Below, in pieces: positions 37,352 through 47,164 of a DNA stretch of 64,000 bases (position 1 is its first letter; every line of letters begins with the position of its first letter). Position numbers and translations under genes: made by a program. Source of the DNA: a virus; the IMG/VR virus record IMGVR_UViG_3300027513_000010. One strand, written 5' to 3'. Under the pieces are notes generated by a model, which was given only the letters and a program-made list of their open reading frames with translations, was not told the DNA's origin and searched no databases.

Positions 37352-39846
37352 CCGCCAGTCCGACCACAGAGCCGGTGACACAAGAGCAGGCCGAGCAAAT
37401 CCCGCAGAACCTCTATCCCTACGCCGCCGCTCTCTTGCTGGCATATATGGCGACCAACGACGAGCAGCAAGATCGTCGGAGCCGACTCTTTGCTCAAGCT
37501 CTGGCTGCTTCTGCTACCTCGGTGTTTGGGGTGATGGCTCGGGGTCTGAACTACCGATCAGCGGCCAAGCCCTTCGCCGACACTGCGGCTGAGGCCGTTT
37601 CTCAATTTCGCGAGAATCATCCCGAAGCCACCGAGGTCGAGATTTCAAAATTCGTGGATGCGGCTGCGGCCACGCTCGCCACCGGCGCAGGATCACGCAC
37701 CACGCTTGAGGTTTTACGGACTCTCGATCCCGAGGGGGCCAATTTCAAAAAGATGTGGCTCACTCGTGGGGATGCCAAAGTTCGCGAATCTCATCGCTTG
37801 CTGCATGGGCAGACAGCCTCGGTTGGTGACTCTTTCAAGCCGGGCCTTTCCTATCCCGGCGACCCGAGTGCCCCGCTTGATGAGCGAATCAACTGCCGGT
37901 GTTTCTTGTGGGCAGTGCCTAACGCCGGGGTGACCGACGAGGACATCGCTCGGGCTTTTGAACCAGCGGATTTGGAAATGGCCTTCGCCGCCAGTGCTGC
38001 CATCACCGCAGCCTCGATGCGGAACACCCTGCGCCATCTGATGCGGGTCGCTCCCTGGACGTGGCAACCCCGAGACAGCATCGGTCGGTGGGTCGAAGTC
38101 AATGACGTGCTCCATGTCCCGTCGAGAACGGGGCGGGGCAAGGAACGAGTTCGGGTCACGGACATCACCGGGCGGAACAAGATCGAAGTCGAGAGTCTCC
38201 GTTTCCCCGACCGCCGGTGGGAGATGGATTCCCGAGATGCCGTGCCTGACTTCGCCAAGGCCGAGCTTCCTGGCCGGGAGCGCTCGATGCGGGCACCCAA
38301 CATTCCCACCAGGGACATGCGTGAGCTTCCGGTCTCGCAATTTGTCGAGGGGCCAATTGATCGAACCCGACCGTATCGGGAAGTCCGACCTTCGCTGATC
38401 GGTGATGAGTCGATTGGTGTCGGGGTTCCCTTTTTCAGTGCCGATGAGATTCCCGTTGGCGATGTCGTGGTGGTCGAGTCGAAGAGCCGACCGGGGCAGT
38501 TCCGGTACATGGTCGTGGACGACGTTGACCTTGATGCCAATACCGCCACCCTGCTCTATCCGCCCGAGCCTGGCGAGATGTTCACCGGCGAGTCGGGTGA
38601 GCGCATCTTCCAGCTTCGCCAGGCCAACGCACAGCAATTGGTCAACGTCGGTGATGGCGTCGTCTACGAGGCGGCTGATCCGGCCCTGGTCGAAGAGACC
38701 ATCGCTCGGTTTGAGTCCTCACGATTCGGTTTCGCGAACCCCCGGTGGTTCTCCGGCACCGACGACGCTTTCAAGGAAGGCTACGAGCGCACCGATTGGG
38801 CACCGGAGCGGAAAGAGCTTCACGACCGCATTGTTCAGGATGCCTTCGACCGAGCACTCCCGGCGCAGGGATCGGCCAAGTTCTACATGATGGGCGGTGG
38901 GCCGTCGTCGGGGAAGAGCACGATGTTGCTGGCCGACACGGTCGATGTCCCGCTTGGTGAGAATGCCATTCAGATCAATGCCGATGACATCAAAGAGTTC
39001 CTCCCCGAGTACGTCGGGTTGAAAGAGGCCGACATTCGCTCGGCTTCGACCTTCGTTCACAAAGAGTCATCGGAGATTTCAAGCCGGATGATTCGGGAGG
39101 CTCCCGAGGACAAGCACGTTGTTCTCGATGGGGTCGGTGACAAGGGTGCCCACGAAGTGATGAATCGTTTGCGGACGGCCAAGAGCCGGGGTCAGCGCAC
39201 CGTCGCCAACTACGCCACCTTGCCGACCGACATGGCGGTGATGCTTTCCAATAAGCGGGGGGAGGAAACGGGTCGGTACGTGCCCGAGGACTACATCAGA
39301 CGAGCGCACGCCGACGTGACCGACACCTTCTTCGACCTTGCCAAGATGAACGCTCTCGATGAGTTGTATCTCTGGAATACCGAGCAGTGGGACGACGTGA
39401 GGAAGGTCGGAATCCCGAGGCTGATCTACAGCCAAGTTGACGGCAGGGCGGTGATTCACGATGAGGCGCTCTTGCTGGAATTCCTCAGCAAGTCCCGCAC
39501 CAGGCGGCACAGCATCGAGAGCATCATTGGGCTGACCCAACTTCCCGAGGCGCTTCCTCCGATAGCCGAGTTCCCCGAGTTCCCGCCACCGACTGGCATC
39601 TTGCCCGAAGTGACCGGTGTGCCTGGTGAAGCTCCGGCAGGGCTGGCGGCTGCGGCCAACTTCTACGACTCGCTGGATTGGAACACCTTGGAGCAGGCGT
39701 TGATCGAAGTCGGGGCCGAGCTTCGGGGAGCCAAGTTCGCCTCCAAGCTGCCCACCGACGATCCTCAGATTGAGCTTTTGAAAACCAATCTCAAGGACGA
39801 GTTCTCTGATCCTGCCAAGCAGATCGTCGTAATCTCCAACCCATGA
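37348..39846 (+). CDS. MuF (Mu gpF)-like head protein fused to zeta-toxin-like P-loop kinase
   Basis: KMWLTRGDAKVRESH...YPGDPSAPLDERINCRC; GGGPSSGKST, INADDIKE, VHKESS, VVLDG, GRYVPEDYIRRAH. Confidence 0.85.
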   Translation: MTASPTTEPVTQEQAEQIPQNLYPYAAALLLAYMATNDEQQDRRSRLFAQALAASATSVFGVMARGLNYRSAAKPFADTAAEAVSQFRENHPEATEVEISKFVDAAAATLATGAGSRTTLEVLRTLDPEGANFKKMWLTRGDAKVRESHRLLHGQTASVGDSFKPGLSYPGDPSAPLDERINCRCFLWAVPNAGVTDEDIARAFEPADLEMAFAASAAITAASMRNTLRHLMRVAPWTWQPRDSIGRWVEVNDVLHVPSRTGRGKERVRVTDITGRNKIEVESLRFPDRRWEMDSRDAVPDFAKAELPGRERSMRAPNIPTRDMRELPVSQFVEGPIDRTRPYREVRPSLIGDESIGVGVPFFSADEIPVGDVVVVESKSRPGQFRYMVVDDVDLDANTATLLYPPEPGEMFTGESGERIFQLRQANAQQLVNVGDGVVYEAADPALVEETIARFESSRFGFANPRWFSGTDDAFKEGYERTDWAPERKELHDRIVQDAFDRALPAQGSAKFYMMGGGPSSGKSTMLLADTVDVPLGENAIQINADDIKEFLPEYVGLKEADIRSASTFVHKESSEISSRMIREAPEDKHVVLDGVGDKGAHEVMNRLRTAKSRGQRTVANYATLPTDMAVMLSNKRGEETGRYVPEDYIRRAHADVTDTFFDLAKMNALDELYLWNTEQWDDVRKVGIPRLIYSQVDGRAVIHDEALLLEFLSKSRTRRHSIESIIGLTQLPEALPPIAEFPEFPPPTGILPEVTGVPGEAPAGLAAAANFYDSLDWNTLEQALIEVGAELRGAKFASKLPTDDPQIELLKTNLKDEFSDPAKQIVVISNP

Positions 39847-40538
39847 CCGCAGTTGACACTGCGCTTCGGGAGCCACCCACTTTCAAAAAGTGGGTTGAAG
39901 GCCAGGGCGAGTACGAGCCAATCATCAAGCTCATCGAGGATGCGCCGGACAAATACGATTTCAAAACGTACGTCGCTCTCATCCCCGACGAGCATCTCGA
40001 TCTGTACCTCCGAGCCGAGGCTGAGTGGAAGACCGATGCCGCGGCCCACAAATCGACCAAGCACGCGCTCGGCCTGGACAAGCCTTCGCCCGAGGCGGCG
40101 ATTATCAAGCTGCAACCCAATTGCGTCTTCCGATTCCGTTCGGGGCGCATGTGTGGCCGGGAGGTTGTGCCCGGTGTTGACCGATGCACCAAGCACGGTG
40201 GCGCTCTCATCGACCCCGAGGTTCGGCGTAACATCTTGCTCAGTGCCTACGCCAACATTGTCGAGGGTTCTCAGAAGGCGGTGGATGCGCTTCTGGACGT
40301 GGCTGAGAATGGTCGGTCGGAGATGGCCCGTGTTCAGGCGGCTAAGGAACTTCTCGACCGTGCTGGTCTCACCGCCGATGTCAATGTGAACGTCCGTATC
40401 TCGGCTGAGGTCGATGCCGGGGCTATCTTGCGGGAGCGCTTGGAGACCATGTCTACCAAGATCGAAACCGTAGAAGTCGAAGTCATCGAAGTCGAGGGCG
40501 TAGATGTCGAGCCGGTTGCTGGAACAGTCGGTAGCTGA
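39843..40538 (+). CDS. Terminase small subunit (putative)
   Basis: CGR...RCTKHGG; SEMARVQAAKELLDRAG; directly upstream of the large subunit. Confidence 0.7.
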   Translation: MTAVDTALREPPTFKKWVEGQGEYEPIIKLIEDAPDKYDFKTYVALIPDEHLDLYLRAEAEWKTDAAAHKSTKHALGLDKPSPEAAIIKLQPNCVFRFRSGRMCGREVVPGVDRCTKHGGALIDPEVRRNILLSAYANIVEGSQKAVDALLDVAENGRSEMARVQAAKELLDRAGLTADVNVNVRISAEVDAGAILRERLETMSTKIETVEVEVIEVEGVDVEPVAGTVGS

Positions 40539-41949
40539 ACGCTACGCCGGTCTCTCGGATGAAGAGAAAGGCTCTCTCACCGATGGGATCAATCCCAACG
40601 ATCTTTTATGGTCTTCTGAATTCTGGCTCCGTCCCAAGCAACTGCGAGCACTGCACTCTGATGCCTGGATCACACTGATCCTGTCAGGCCGTGGTTTTGG
40701 AAAAACACGGACGCTCTCGGAGTGGGTCAAGAAAAAGGCCGAGGCCATGCCTGGCACTCGTATCGCCTTGATCGGTCGAACCGTGAGTGACGTGCGGGAC
40801 ACGATGGTTCAGGGTGAGGCGGGAGTCCTGGCAGTGCATCCTCCCGAGTCACGACCCGAATACATGCCTTCGGTTCGGAAGGTGGTTTGGCCCAACGGGA
40901 GCATGGCAATCACTTACTCGGCTGAGTCGCCTTCTCAGCTTCGTGGCCCCTCTCATCACTTTGCCGCCGTCGATGAGCTTGCCGCTTGGAAGCTGGTGCC
41001 CGACGATTCGGGAGCCAACGCATGGGACAACCTCTTGATCGGTTGTCGGCTTGGCGATACCCCGCAAGTGATGGCCGTCACCACGCCGAAGAGGGTGCCG
41101 CTCATCAGGGAGTTGGTCACGCAGGCGAAAGACCCGAGCTACAACGTGAAGATTTTGAATGGGTCAACGATGGAAAACAAGTCCAATCTGCCCGAGGAAT
41201 ATATCGCGCAGCTTCTCCATCAGTACGGCGGAACTTCCCTGGAACAGCAAGAGCTTCTCGGGGTGCTTCTCGATCATGTCGAGGGTGCGCTGTGGCGGGA
41301 CAAGGACATTCTCATCGAGGGCTTGCCGGAGATTCCACGCTTTTTGAAAGTCATCGCCGTCGATCCCGGCGTGACCTCCGGCGGGGATGCCACCGGCATC
41401 GTGGTTGTCTACGGGTCGCCGGAGCGGGTTCGGAACGACCGGCGAGCTTGGGTGGTGGACGATTTGACCGAGCCAGGGCTTGAGCCGGAAGAGTGGGCCA
41501 AGCTCATTGTGGATGCCGCCCGAGTTCACAAGGGAGCGCTGGTCGTGGTCGAGGGGAACATGGGCGGCGACCTCGTCAGGACGGTGATTCATCAGATCGA
41601 CCCATCGGTACCGGTAGTCACGGTGCACGCTTCCAAATCGAAAGCTGCCCGAGCCGAGCCGGTGGTGATGGCGTATCGGATGGGCCGGGTTCGGCATCTC
41701 GCTCAGTTCCTCTTGCTTGAGGACGAGATGACTTCATGGGAGCCAACGGGTCGCTGGTCGCCTAACCGAATGGACGCGATGGTGCATGGCATCCGCGCTT
41801 TGCTGATCGATGACACTGAGATGCTCGGCTTCGGATCGATTCGCTCTTCGATGGAGCGCTATCGGGAGACCACCATTCACCTTCCCAACTTCCTGCGGAG
41901 CAGAGCGGACGTTCCAATGGGTGCGTGGCGCAGAATCAACCGGGACTGA
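40504..41949 (+). CDS. terL: Terminase large subunit
   Basis: SGRGFGKT (Walker A), AAVDEL (Walker B), IAVDPG...GDATGIVV and SPNRMDA nuclease motifs. Confidence 0.95.
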   Translation: MSSRLLEQSVAERYAGLSDEEKGSLTDGINPNDLLWSSEFWLRPKQLRALHSDAWITLILSGRGFGKTRTLSEWVKKKAEAMPGTRIALIGRTVSDVRDTMVQGEAGVLAVHPPESRPEYMPSVRKVVWPNGSMAITYSAESPSQLRGPSHHFAAVDELAAWKLVPDDSGANAWDNLLIGCRLGDTPQVMAVTTPKRVPLIRELVTQAKDPSYNVKILNGSTMENKSNLPEEYIAQLLHQYGGTSLEQQELLGVLLDHVEGALWRDKDILIEGLPEIPRFLKVIAVDPGVTSGGDATGIVVVYGSPERVRNDRRAWVVDDLTEPGLEPEEWAKLIVDAARVHKGALVVVEGNMGGDLVRTVIHQIDPSVPVVTVHASKSKAARAEPVVMAYRMGRVRHLAQFLLLEDEMTSWEPTGRWSPNRMDAMVHGIRALLIDDTEMLGFGSIRSSMERYRETTIHLPNFLRSRADVPMGAWRRINRD

Positions 41950-41961
41950 ATCTACATTGAT

Positions 41962-41989
41962 TTGCAATTGAGTTACACGACGCTATAAT
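41962..41989 (+). promoter_or_regulatory. Promoter TTGCAA-N16-TATAAT, leaderless
   Basis: ATG 7 nt after the -10. Confidence 0.8.
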
Positions 41990-41996
41990 TGCGTCC

Positions 41997-42383
41997 ATGA
42001 TTACTAGACCTAGACCGGGACACCGGGCCGGATATTCCATCGGAGCTTTTGGCTCGCCGAAGTTTCTTCATCGCTCTTACGAAGAGGAACGGCTCATGGA
42101 CACCATCACTGAGTTGGAGCGACAGATCGAGCGCCGGGAGTCGTTGCGGGCGTATGACACGCAACCCGGCCAACGATTGGGCCGAGTCGAAACGCACAAA
42201 TACAACTTCTACGCCAAGGCCTTCCAACCGAACGATCCCGACTTCGCTGTGGTGCGGACATCGCGCAAGACGGCGGTGGTGACGTTCTTCATGGAGACCG
42301 GGAAGCTCCGGCCCGTCACCAAGGAATTGCCTCTGGACGAGGCACTCAAAATCGCAGACCAAATGAATCGAGGTATCAAATGA
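41997..42383 (+). CDS. Hypothetical protein co-transcribed with Fic
   Basis: 128 aa; ATGA overlap with the Fic gene. Confidence 0.65.
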   Translation: MITRPRPGHRAGYSIGAFGSPKFLHRSYEEERLMDTITELERQIERRESLRAYDTQPGQRLGRVETHKYNFYAKAFQPNDPDFAVVRTSRKTAVVTFFMETGKLRPVTKELPLDEALKIADQMNRGIK

Positions 42384-42820
42384 CTCTCAGTATCACGGAT
42401 TACAGAAAAGTGAAGGATTGGGCCAGGGCCGAATGCGTTCGCCAGGACGCGGACACGCCTGATGCGCTCCGGCGCATGATCGAGGCGTGGAACCTCGCTT
42501 GCCTTGCTGAGAAGATGTCTCTCGCTCTGATCTTGGGTCTCGGTTACATCATCGATCCAGAGAAGAACGATGGTTTCCGCAAGCGCAACATCGCGGTCGG
42601 TCACGGCACCTTCGACGTGCCGCCCGATTGGAGAGACATTCCTCGGTTGCTCATGCAGTTGGTCGAAGCGGACATCTCACCGGCTGAGTGGTATCGGGAG
42701 TTCCAGCGCATTCATCCGTTCCTCGACGGGAACGGGCGGGTGGGCGCTCTGATCTACAACAAGCTCAGTGGAACACTCGATTCCGAAGCGTTGACGGCAG
42801 CGCCGGAGTACCGGCCATGA
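42380..42820 (+). CDS. Fic/Doc-family protein
   Basis: GFRKRNIAVG...EFQRIHPFLDGNGRVGA. Confidence 0.9.
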   Translation: MTLSITDYRKVKDWARAECVRQDADTPDALRRMIEAWNLACLAEKMSLALILGLGYIIDPEKNDGFRKRNIAVGHGTFDVPPDWRDIPRLLMQLVEADISPAEWYREFQRIHPFLDGNGRVGALIYNKLSGTLDSEALTAAPEYRP

Positions 42821-42915
42821 TGCCTTGTGGCTGTGTGCTCGGCGTTGCCTTCTGCGCTCATGTCGTTGAGCTAGTCGAGATTCTCACCTTGCTTAGTGGC
42901 GACCTTCCTCTCAAC

Positions 42916-42943
42916 TTGCAATAGATTTATACCGATGTATAAT
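42916..42943 (+). promoter_or_regulatory. Promoter TTGCAA-N16-TATAAT
   Basis: tctcaacttgcaatagatttataccgatgtataat. Confidence 0.85.
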
Positions 42944-42969
42944 TTGTGAGTCAAGAGAAAGGAACCCAC

Positions 42970-43522
42970 ATGGCAACACTCAACGTTCCGGCTCCCTTCC
43001 CTGGTACGCCAGAGGAAGCGGCGAAGAACCGGGAAACTCACATCTTCGATTGGGATTGGATGCGGTGCGTCAATTGCGACTCCCGACCAACTGCCATCGC
43101 TGACTGGCCTTGCGGAACCAAGGTTCCGCGGCTGGTGAGGGAAGTCGCCTGATGTGGCTCTGGATCGAGTGCAATGACTGTGGGTACACCGGAGAAGCCT
43201 TCGGTGTGTGGATGGGCGAGAGCTACGAGTTCCAGCCTTACAACGAGCAACTGATATGCGTCGTGGAAAACCACGACTTCGATGTGAAAGGTGGTGCATA
43301 ACCATGACCGATGAAAAGACATACACCCTCAAATTGACCAGCGCTGAGTTGACTGCCATCAAGCAGGGCTTGGAGCGGGAATACCTCTGGAATCGGAAGC
43401 AGATCACTTCGGGCGAGAAGCCAGGCGCGACTGCTCTCGACGTGTCGAGGGCCAGGACGGTTCGTCGGAACAACAAGGCCGTGAGGTCTGCCGCCGTCAA
43501 GATCAAGGACGCCAGGCGGTGA
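42970..43522 (+). other. Three small hypothetical genes inserted in the structural region
   Basis: 42970-43152 (CVNC), 43152-43301 (CNDC), 43304-43522. Confidence 0.6.
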
Positions 43523-43720
43523 GCAAGCCCTATGTCTATCCCGAGCCGTTCATTCTCTTACCCCTTGACGAGTTGCTCGGTCGTAATCCCTGGACACTGA
43601 TCTACGGATGCAAATGCGATCCCGAGACAACGTGCGAAATGCACATCGATGAGGATGAAGTCGATAGCTAGTCTCTGACAAGCAGAGGGTCACGTCCTCT
43701 TCTCTCTGCACGGAGCATAC

Positions 43721-43747
43721 GAAGCCCCCCGCCACTCGGGGGGCTTC
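43721..43747 (+). terminator. Hairpin terminator
   Basis: GAAGCCCCCC/GGGGGGCTTC. Confidence 0.65.
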
Positions 43748-43823
43748 GTCGCGTGCTACGGTTCCGGCCACTAGACCGACTCAGACCGCTCGACAGACCG
43801 CAGACAGCTAGGGAGCGCTAGAC

Positions 43824-44177
43824 ATGGCCCGCAAGACGTTCAAGGGATACACGCCAACCGAGGCTCAAGTCATTGAGTTGCAGTCACCGGATGGCACACG
43901 GTCGATAGAAGTCCAAGGGCGGGAGACAATCGCCGGTTCGGTGATTCTCGATTTCCTCTCTGAGATTGACACCGACGACCCTGGAACTCTGGCGAAGGCA
44001 GTGAACAGGATGCTCAAGCTGTCCATAGCCGATGAGAGTTGGGATGAGTTCAAGGCTTTCGTGGACGACGAGAACAACGGCATCACGCTTGAGCTTCTCA
44101 GCGAGATTGCCGGGTTCTTTGCGGAGTCCTTCTCGGGAAAAGCATCAGCGTCACAAGAGCAGTCTTTGGCTTCCTGA
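43824..44177 (+). CDS. Tail assembly chaperone, short form
   Basis: Position before the tape measure gene; contains a slippery site. Confidence 0.8.
   Translation: MARKTFKGYTPTEAQVIELQSPDGTRSIEVQGRETIAGSVILDFLSEIDTDDPGTLAKAVNRMLKLSIADESWDEFKAFVDDENNGITLELLSEIAGFFAESFSGKASASQEQSLAS
44135..44141 (+). other. Programmed -1 frameshift site G GGA AAA
   Basis: In phase X XXY YYZ; the -1 frame is open to 44455. Confidence 0.85.
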
Positions 44178-44455
44178 TTTTGAATTGGGCCGGGGCGAGC
44201 GGGAGGTTCTTCGCCGCCACCGGTCGGGACTTGCGAGACCAGCCGGTTCATCTTCTCTACGAGTACGGCTACTTCATTCTGTCCGAACTCACCAGGCGCA
44301 CCAAGGAAGAGGCCGAGGCGATGGAGAAGTTGGAGGACACCTTCGCCGGTCTCGACTTCGAGGACGACACCGGGCTTCCTTCCATTGCCCGCCGGTTTGG
44401 GCCTGCCGACGATCCCTTCGGGTTCGATACCTCGGCGATACCGCCCGGCTTCTAA
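44142..44455 (+). CDS. Tail assembly chaperone, frameshifted extension
   Basis: -1 frame open from the slippery site to TAA 44455. Confidence 0.75.
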
Positions 44456-44470
44456 AACCCGGTTTTCAAA

Positions 44471-47164
44471 ATGCCTGACATTGTCGGGACTGCCTACGTC
44501 CGTATCCGTGGGGTCACGACCGGGTTGGCCGGTGACATTCAAGACGGTCTCAAAAAGGGGATGGCCGGGACTGATACCGATGTCCTTGAAAGGAACGTGT
44601 CTGATGCGGCGAAGCGGGCTGGCGAGTCGGGAGGCGAAGAAGGAGGCAAATCACTCGCTCGGTCGATGCGTGAGAATTTCAAAAAGAATTGGGACAAGGA
44701 CAACAAGAAGGGCAAGGGCATCTTCAAGGTGCTCGATGGGATCAAGAGTTTCAAACTTCCGAGCCAGGCATGGATGGGGATTCTCGGAATCCCGGCACTC
44801 GGGGGAGTAATCCAGCTTGCCTCTTCCTACGTGCTCACCTTGGTTGGGCAGCTTGGCTTCGTTGTCCAAGCCGCCGCTGGTGCCGGTGTCGCTCTTGGCG
44901 GCATGTTCGCAGCGGTGGGCCTGGCGGCGATTCCACTCGTTCTGGCATTCAAGGCTCAGACCGAAGAGATGGAGAATTTCAAAGAGTCAGTCGAAGGGCA
45001 AAAGGAACTCTGGATGGAAGTCGGGGGAGCGGTGCAAGCCACCTTCCTCCCGGCACTCGACCAAGCCATCGTCAACATGGGCGATCTGCGGGATGAATTC
45101 ACCGTTTTCGGTCAAGAGGTCGGAACCATCTTCGGGGAGTTCGTTCTCGGGCTTTCTGAATTCCTGACCTCTACTGAGTCAACGGGAAGATGGGTCGAAA
45201 TATTTGAGGGAGCTTCGGTTGTCTTTGAGTTTCTGCTTGACGCCGTTCAGAGCTTGGTCAGAGCCTTGCTTCCCTTCCTGCAAGCGGCGATGCCGATTGC
45301 GGTGCAATTCGCTGATGCTATCCGTAGAGCAGCGGCGAATTTCGCGTTCTTCATCGAGACCAGCCAGGAATCCGGTGCACTCGGTACGACCTTTCAAGAT
45401 TGGTGGGACAAGGCCACGCAGATTGGTCGTTCGATCTGGAACATCGTTGAGGCTTTGTGGGAGGTCTTCAGTGTCGCCGCCGATGTTGTGGCTCCCCAAT
45501 TCGACACTCTGGAATCGAAGACCCAAGGATGGGTTGACTTCCTGCGCTCTGCCGAGGGGCAATCAACACTCAAGCAAATATTTGAGGACGCATTGCCGGT
45601 GGCTCAAGAGGTCAATGCCTTGTTGGGCGATCTTGTCGATATTTTCAGAGAGGCCTTTGTCGAAGAGCAGGGCACCGGCGACATGGTCGAGTTCATTCGG
45701 AGCATCCGCACCGATTGGCTCCCGGCTCTTGAGAGTTTGCTGACCACTTTCAGTAGCGGGCTTGGTGACGGTCTCCGAGAACTGGCCGAGGCCTTCGGGA
45801 CGTTGATTCAGGAGGCGGCTGAGTCAGGAGCACTTGGGACGTTCACTGACGTATTGATCGTGTTGATCGAGGCGCTCACCGATTTCATTCAGCTTCCCGG
45901 CATGGGGCAGATCATTGGGGCGCTGGCGGCAGCGGTGGGGATACTTGGATTGCTCGGCAATGTCATCGGCCCGCTGATCGGGTTGATTACAACTCTTGGC
46001 GGGGTCATTCAGTTGTTCATGGTCTCGACTGCTCCGGCGTGGGCCGGTCTTGCTCTTGCTGCGGGAATCATCGCGGCAGTGGTCGCGGCGGTAGCTATAG
46101 CGATTTTGATTTGGAAAAATTGGGACAAGATCACTGCATGGCTGGCGCAGGCTTGGGAAGCGATTCAAAACTTCTTCTCTGATATTTGGGATGCCGTTAC
46201 CGGGTTCTTTGCAGGCATCCCCGAGTGGATTGAGGGAGTGTGGACTTCCATTCTGGAATTCATTGCGAGCATTCCCGAAGCTCTGCTTGCGGCGGCGACT
46301 GCTCTCTGGCAGTGGATCGTTGATGCCGTCCCGATAGTCCTCGGGAAGATGGCGTACTTCGCCGGAAGCGTTATCGGGTTCCTGCTCTCACTCCCGGTCA
46401 GAATTCTTCAATTGATGATAAAAGCGAGCCAGGCCTTGTGGACGTGGGTGCGAGATGCGGTGCCCGAGGCGCTCAAGTGGCTCGGCAACATGTGGCTCAC
46501 GATCTACACATGGATCGGGCAGACCATCGCCCGTCTGATTACTGAGGGCGTGAAAATGCTCAGGGCTTTAGTTCAGTGGATCGTGGACGCGGTCAAGGAA
46601 GCGCCGGGAAAACTTGCTGACTTCGCTCAGTCGGTTTGGGATTGGGCCAAGACCTTCATTGAGGAACTCCCGAGCAAGTTCATTGGGTGGATCAGTGGGT
46701 GGGCTGCGTTCGGAACAGAACTCGTTGGCAACATTGTCGATGGTCTGAATAGCGCTATCAGGTCGGTTTGGTCATGGGGAAAGAACTTGTTGCAAGCCAT
46801 CGTGGACGGGATTCTCGCTCATGCTGGCCCGCTGGCCGGGGTGCTCGGTGGTCTTTTCAGAAGTTTGGGATTCTCAACCGGCAACACCGGCTCGGGCGGG
46901 CCTACAACACCACGACCGCCAGGCGGTGGCACATTCTCGGCAACTGCGCTCTCAACCATGAGTTCTCCCTTCGCGGCTACAGCCTCAGCCTTCGTTCCGT
47001 CGCCGATCAACACACAAGCCTTTGCCAACGTCCCGACATCGCAAGGCGGGGCGATCAATCTCTTGGTCAAGATCGGCGATCAGGACATCACACGATTGGT
47101 GGATGCTCGGGTCTCGGACAACGACCAAGCTCTGGCTAACGCTCTCAATGTCAGGAGGCGGTAA
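44471..47164 (+). CDS. Tape measure protein
   Basis: MPDIVGTAYVRIRG start; 897 aa helical; W/F-spaced 11-residue repeats; TM-like segments. Confidence 0.9.
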   Translation: MPDIVGTAYVRIRGVTTGLAGDIQDGLKKGMAGTDTDVLERNVSDAAKRAGESGGEEGGKSLARSMRENFKKNWDKDNKKGKGIFKVLDGIKSFKLPSQAWMGILGIPALGGVIQLASSYVLTLVGQLGFVVQAAAGAGVALGGMFAAVGLAAIPLVLAFKAQTEEMENFKESVEGQKELWMEVGGAVQATFLPALDQAIVNMGDLRDEFTVFGQEVGTIFGEFVLGLSEFLTSTESTGRWVEIFEGASVVFEFLLDAVQSLVRALLPFLQAAMPIAVQFADAIRRAAANFAFFIETSQESGALGTTFQDWWDKATQIGRSIWNIVEALWEVFSVAADVVAPQFDTLESKTQGWVDFLRSAEGQSTLKQIFEDALPVAQEVNALLGDLVDIFREAFVEEQGTGDMVEFIRSIRTDWLPALESLLTTFSSGLGDGLRELAEAFGTLIQEAAESGALGTFTDVLIVLIEALTDFIQLPGMGQIIGALAAAVGILGLLGNVIGPLIGLITTLGGVIQLFMVSTAPAWAGLALAAGIIAAVVAAVAIAILIWKNWDKITAWLAQAWEAIQNFFSDIWDAVTGFFAGIPEWIEGVWTSILEFIASIPEALLAAATALWQWIVDAVPIVLGKMAYFAGSVIGFLLSLPVRILQLMIKASQALWTWVRDAVPEALKWLGNMWLTIYTWIGQTIARLITEGVKMLRALVQWIVDAVKEAPGKLADFAQSVWDWAKTFIEELPSKFIGWISGWAAFGTELVGNIVDGLNSAIRSVWSWGKNLLQAIVDGILAHAGPLAGVLGGLFRSLGFSTGNTGSGGPTTPRPPGGGTFSATALSTMSSPFAATASAFVPSPINTQAFANVPTSQGGAINLLVKIGDQDITRLVDARVSDNDQALANALNVRRR

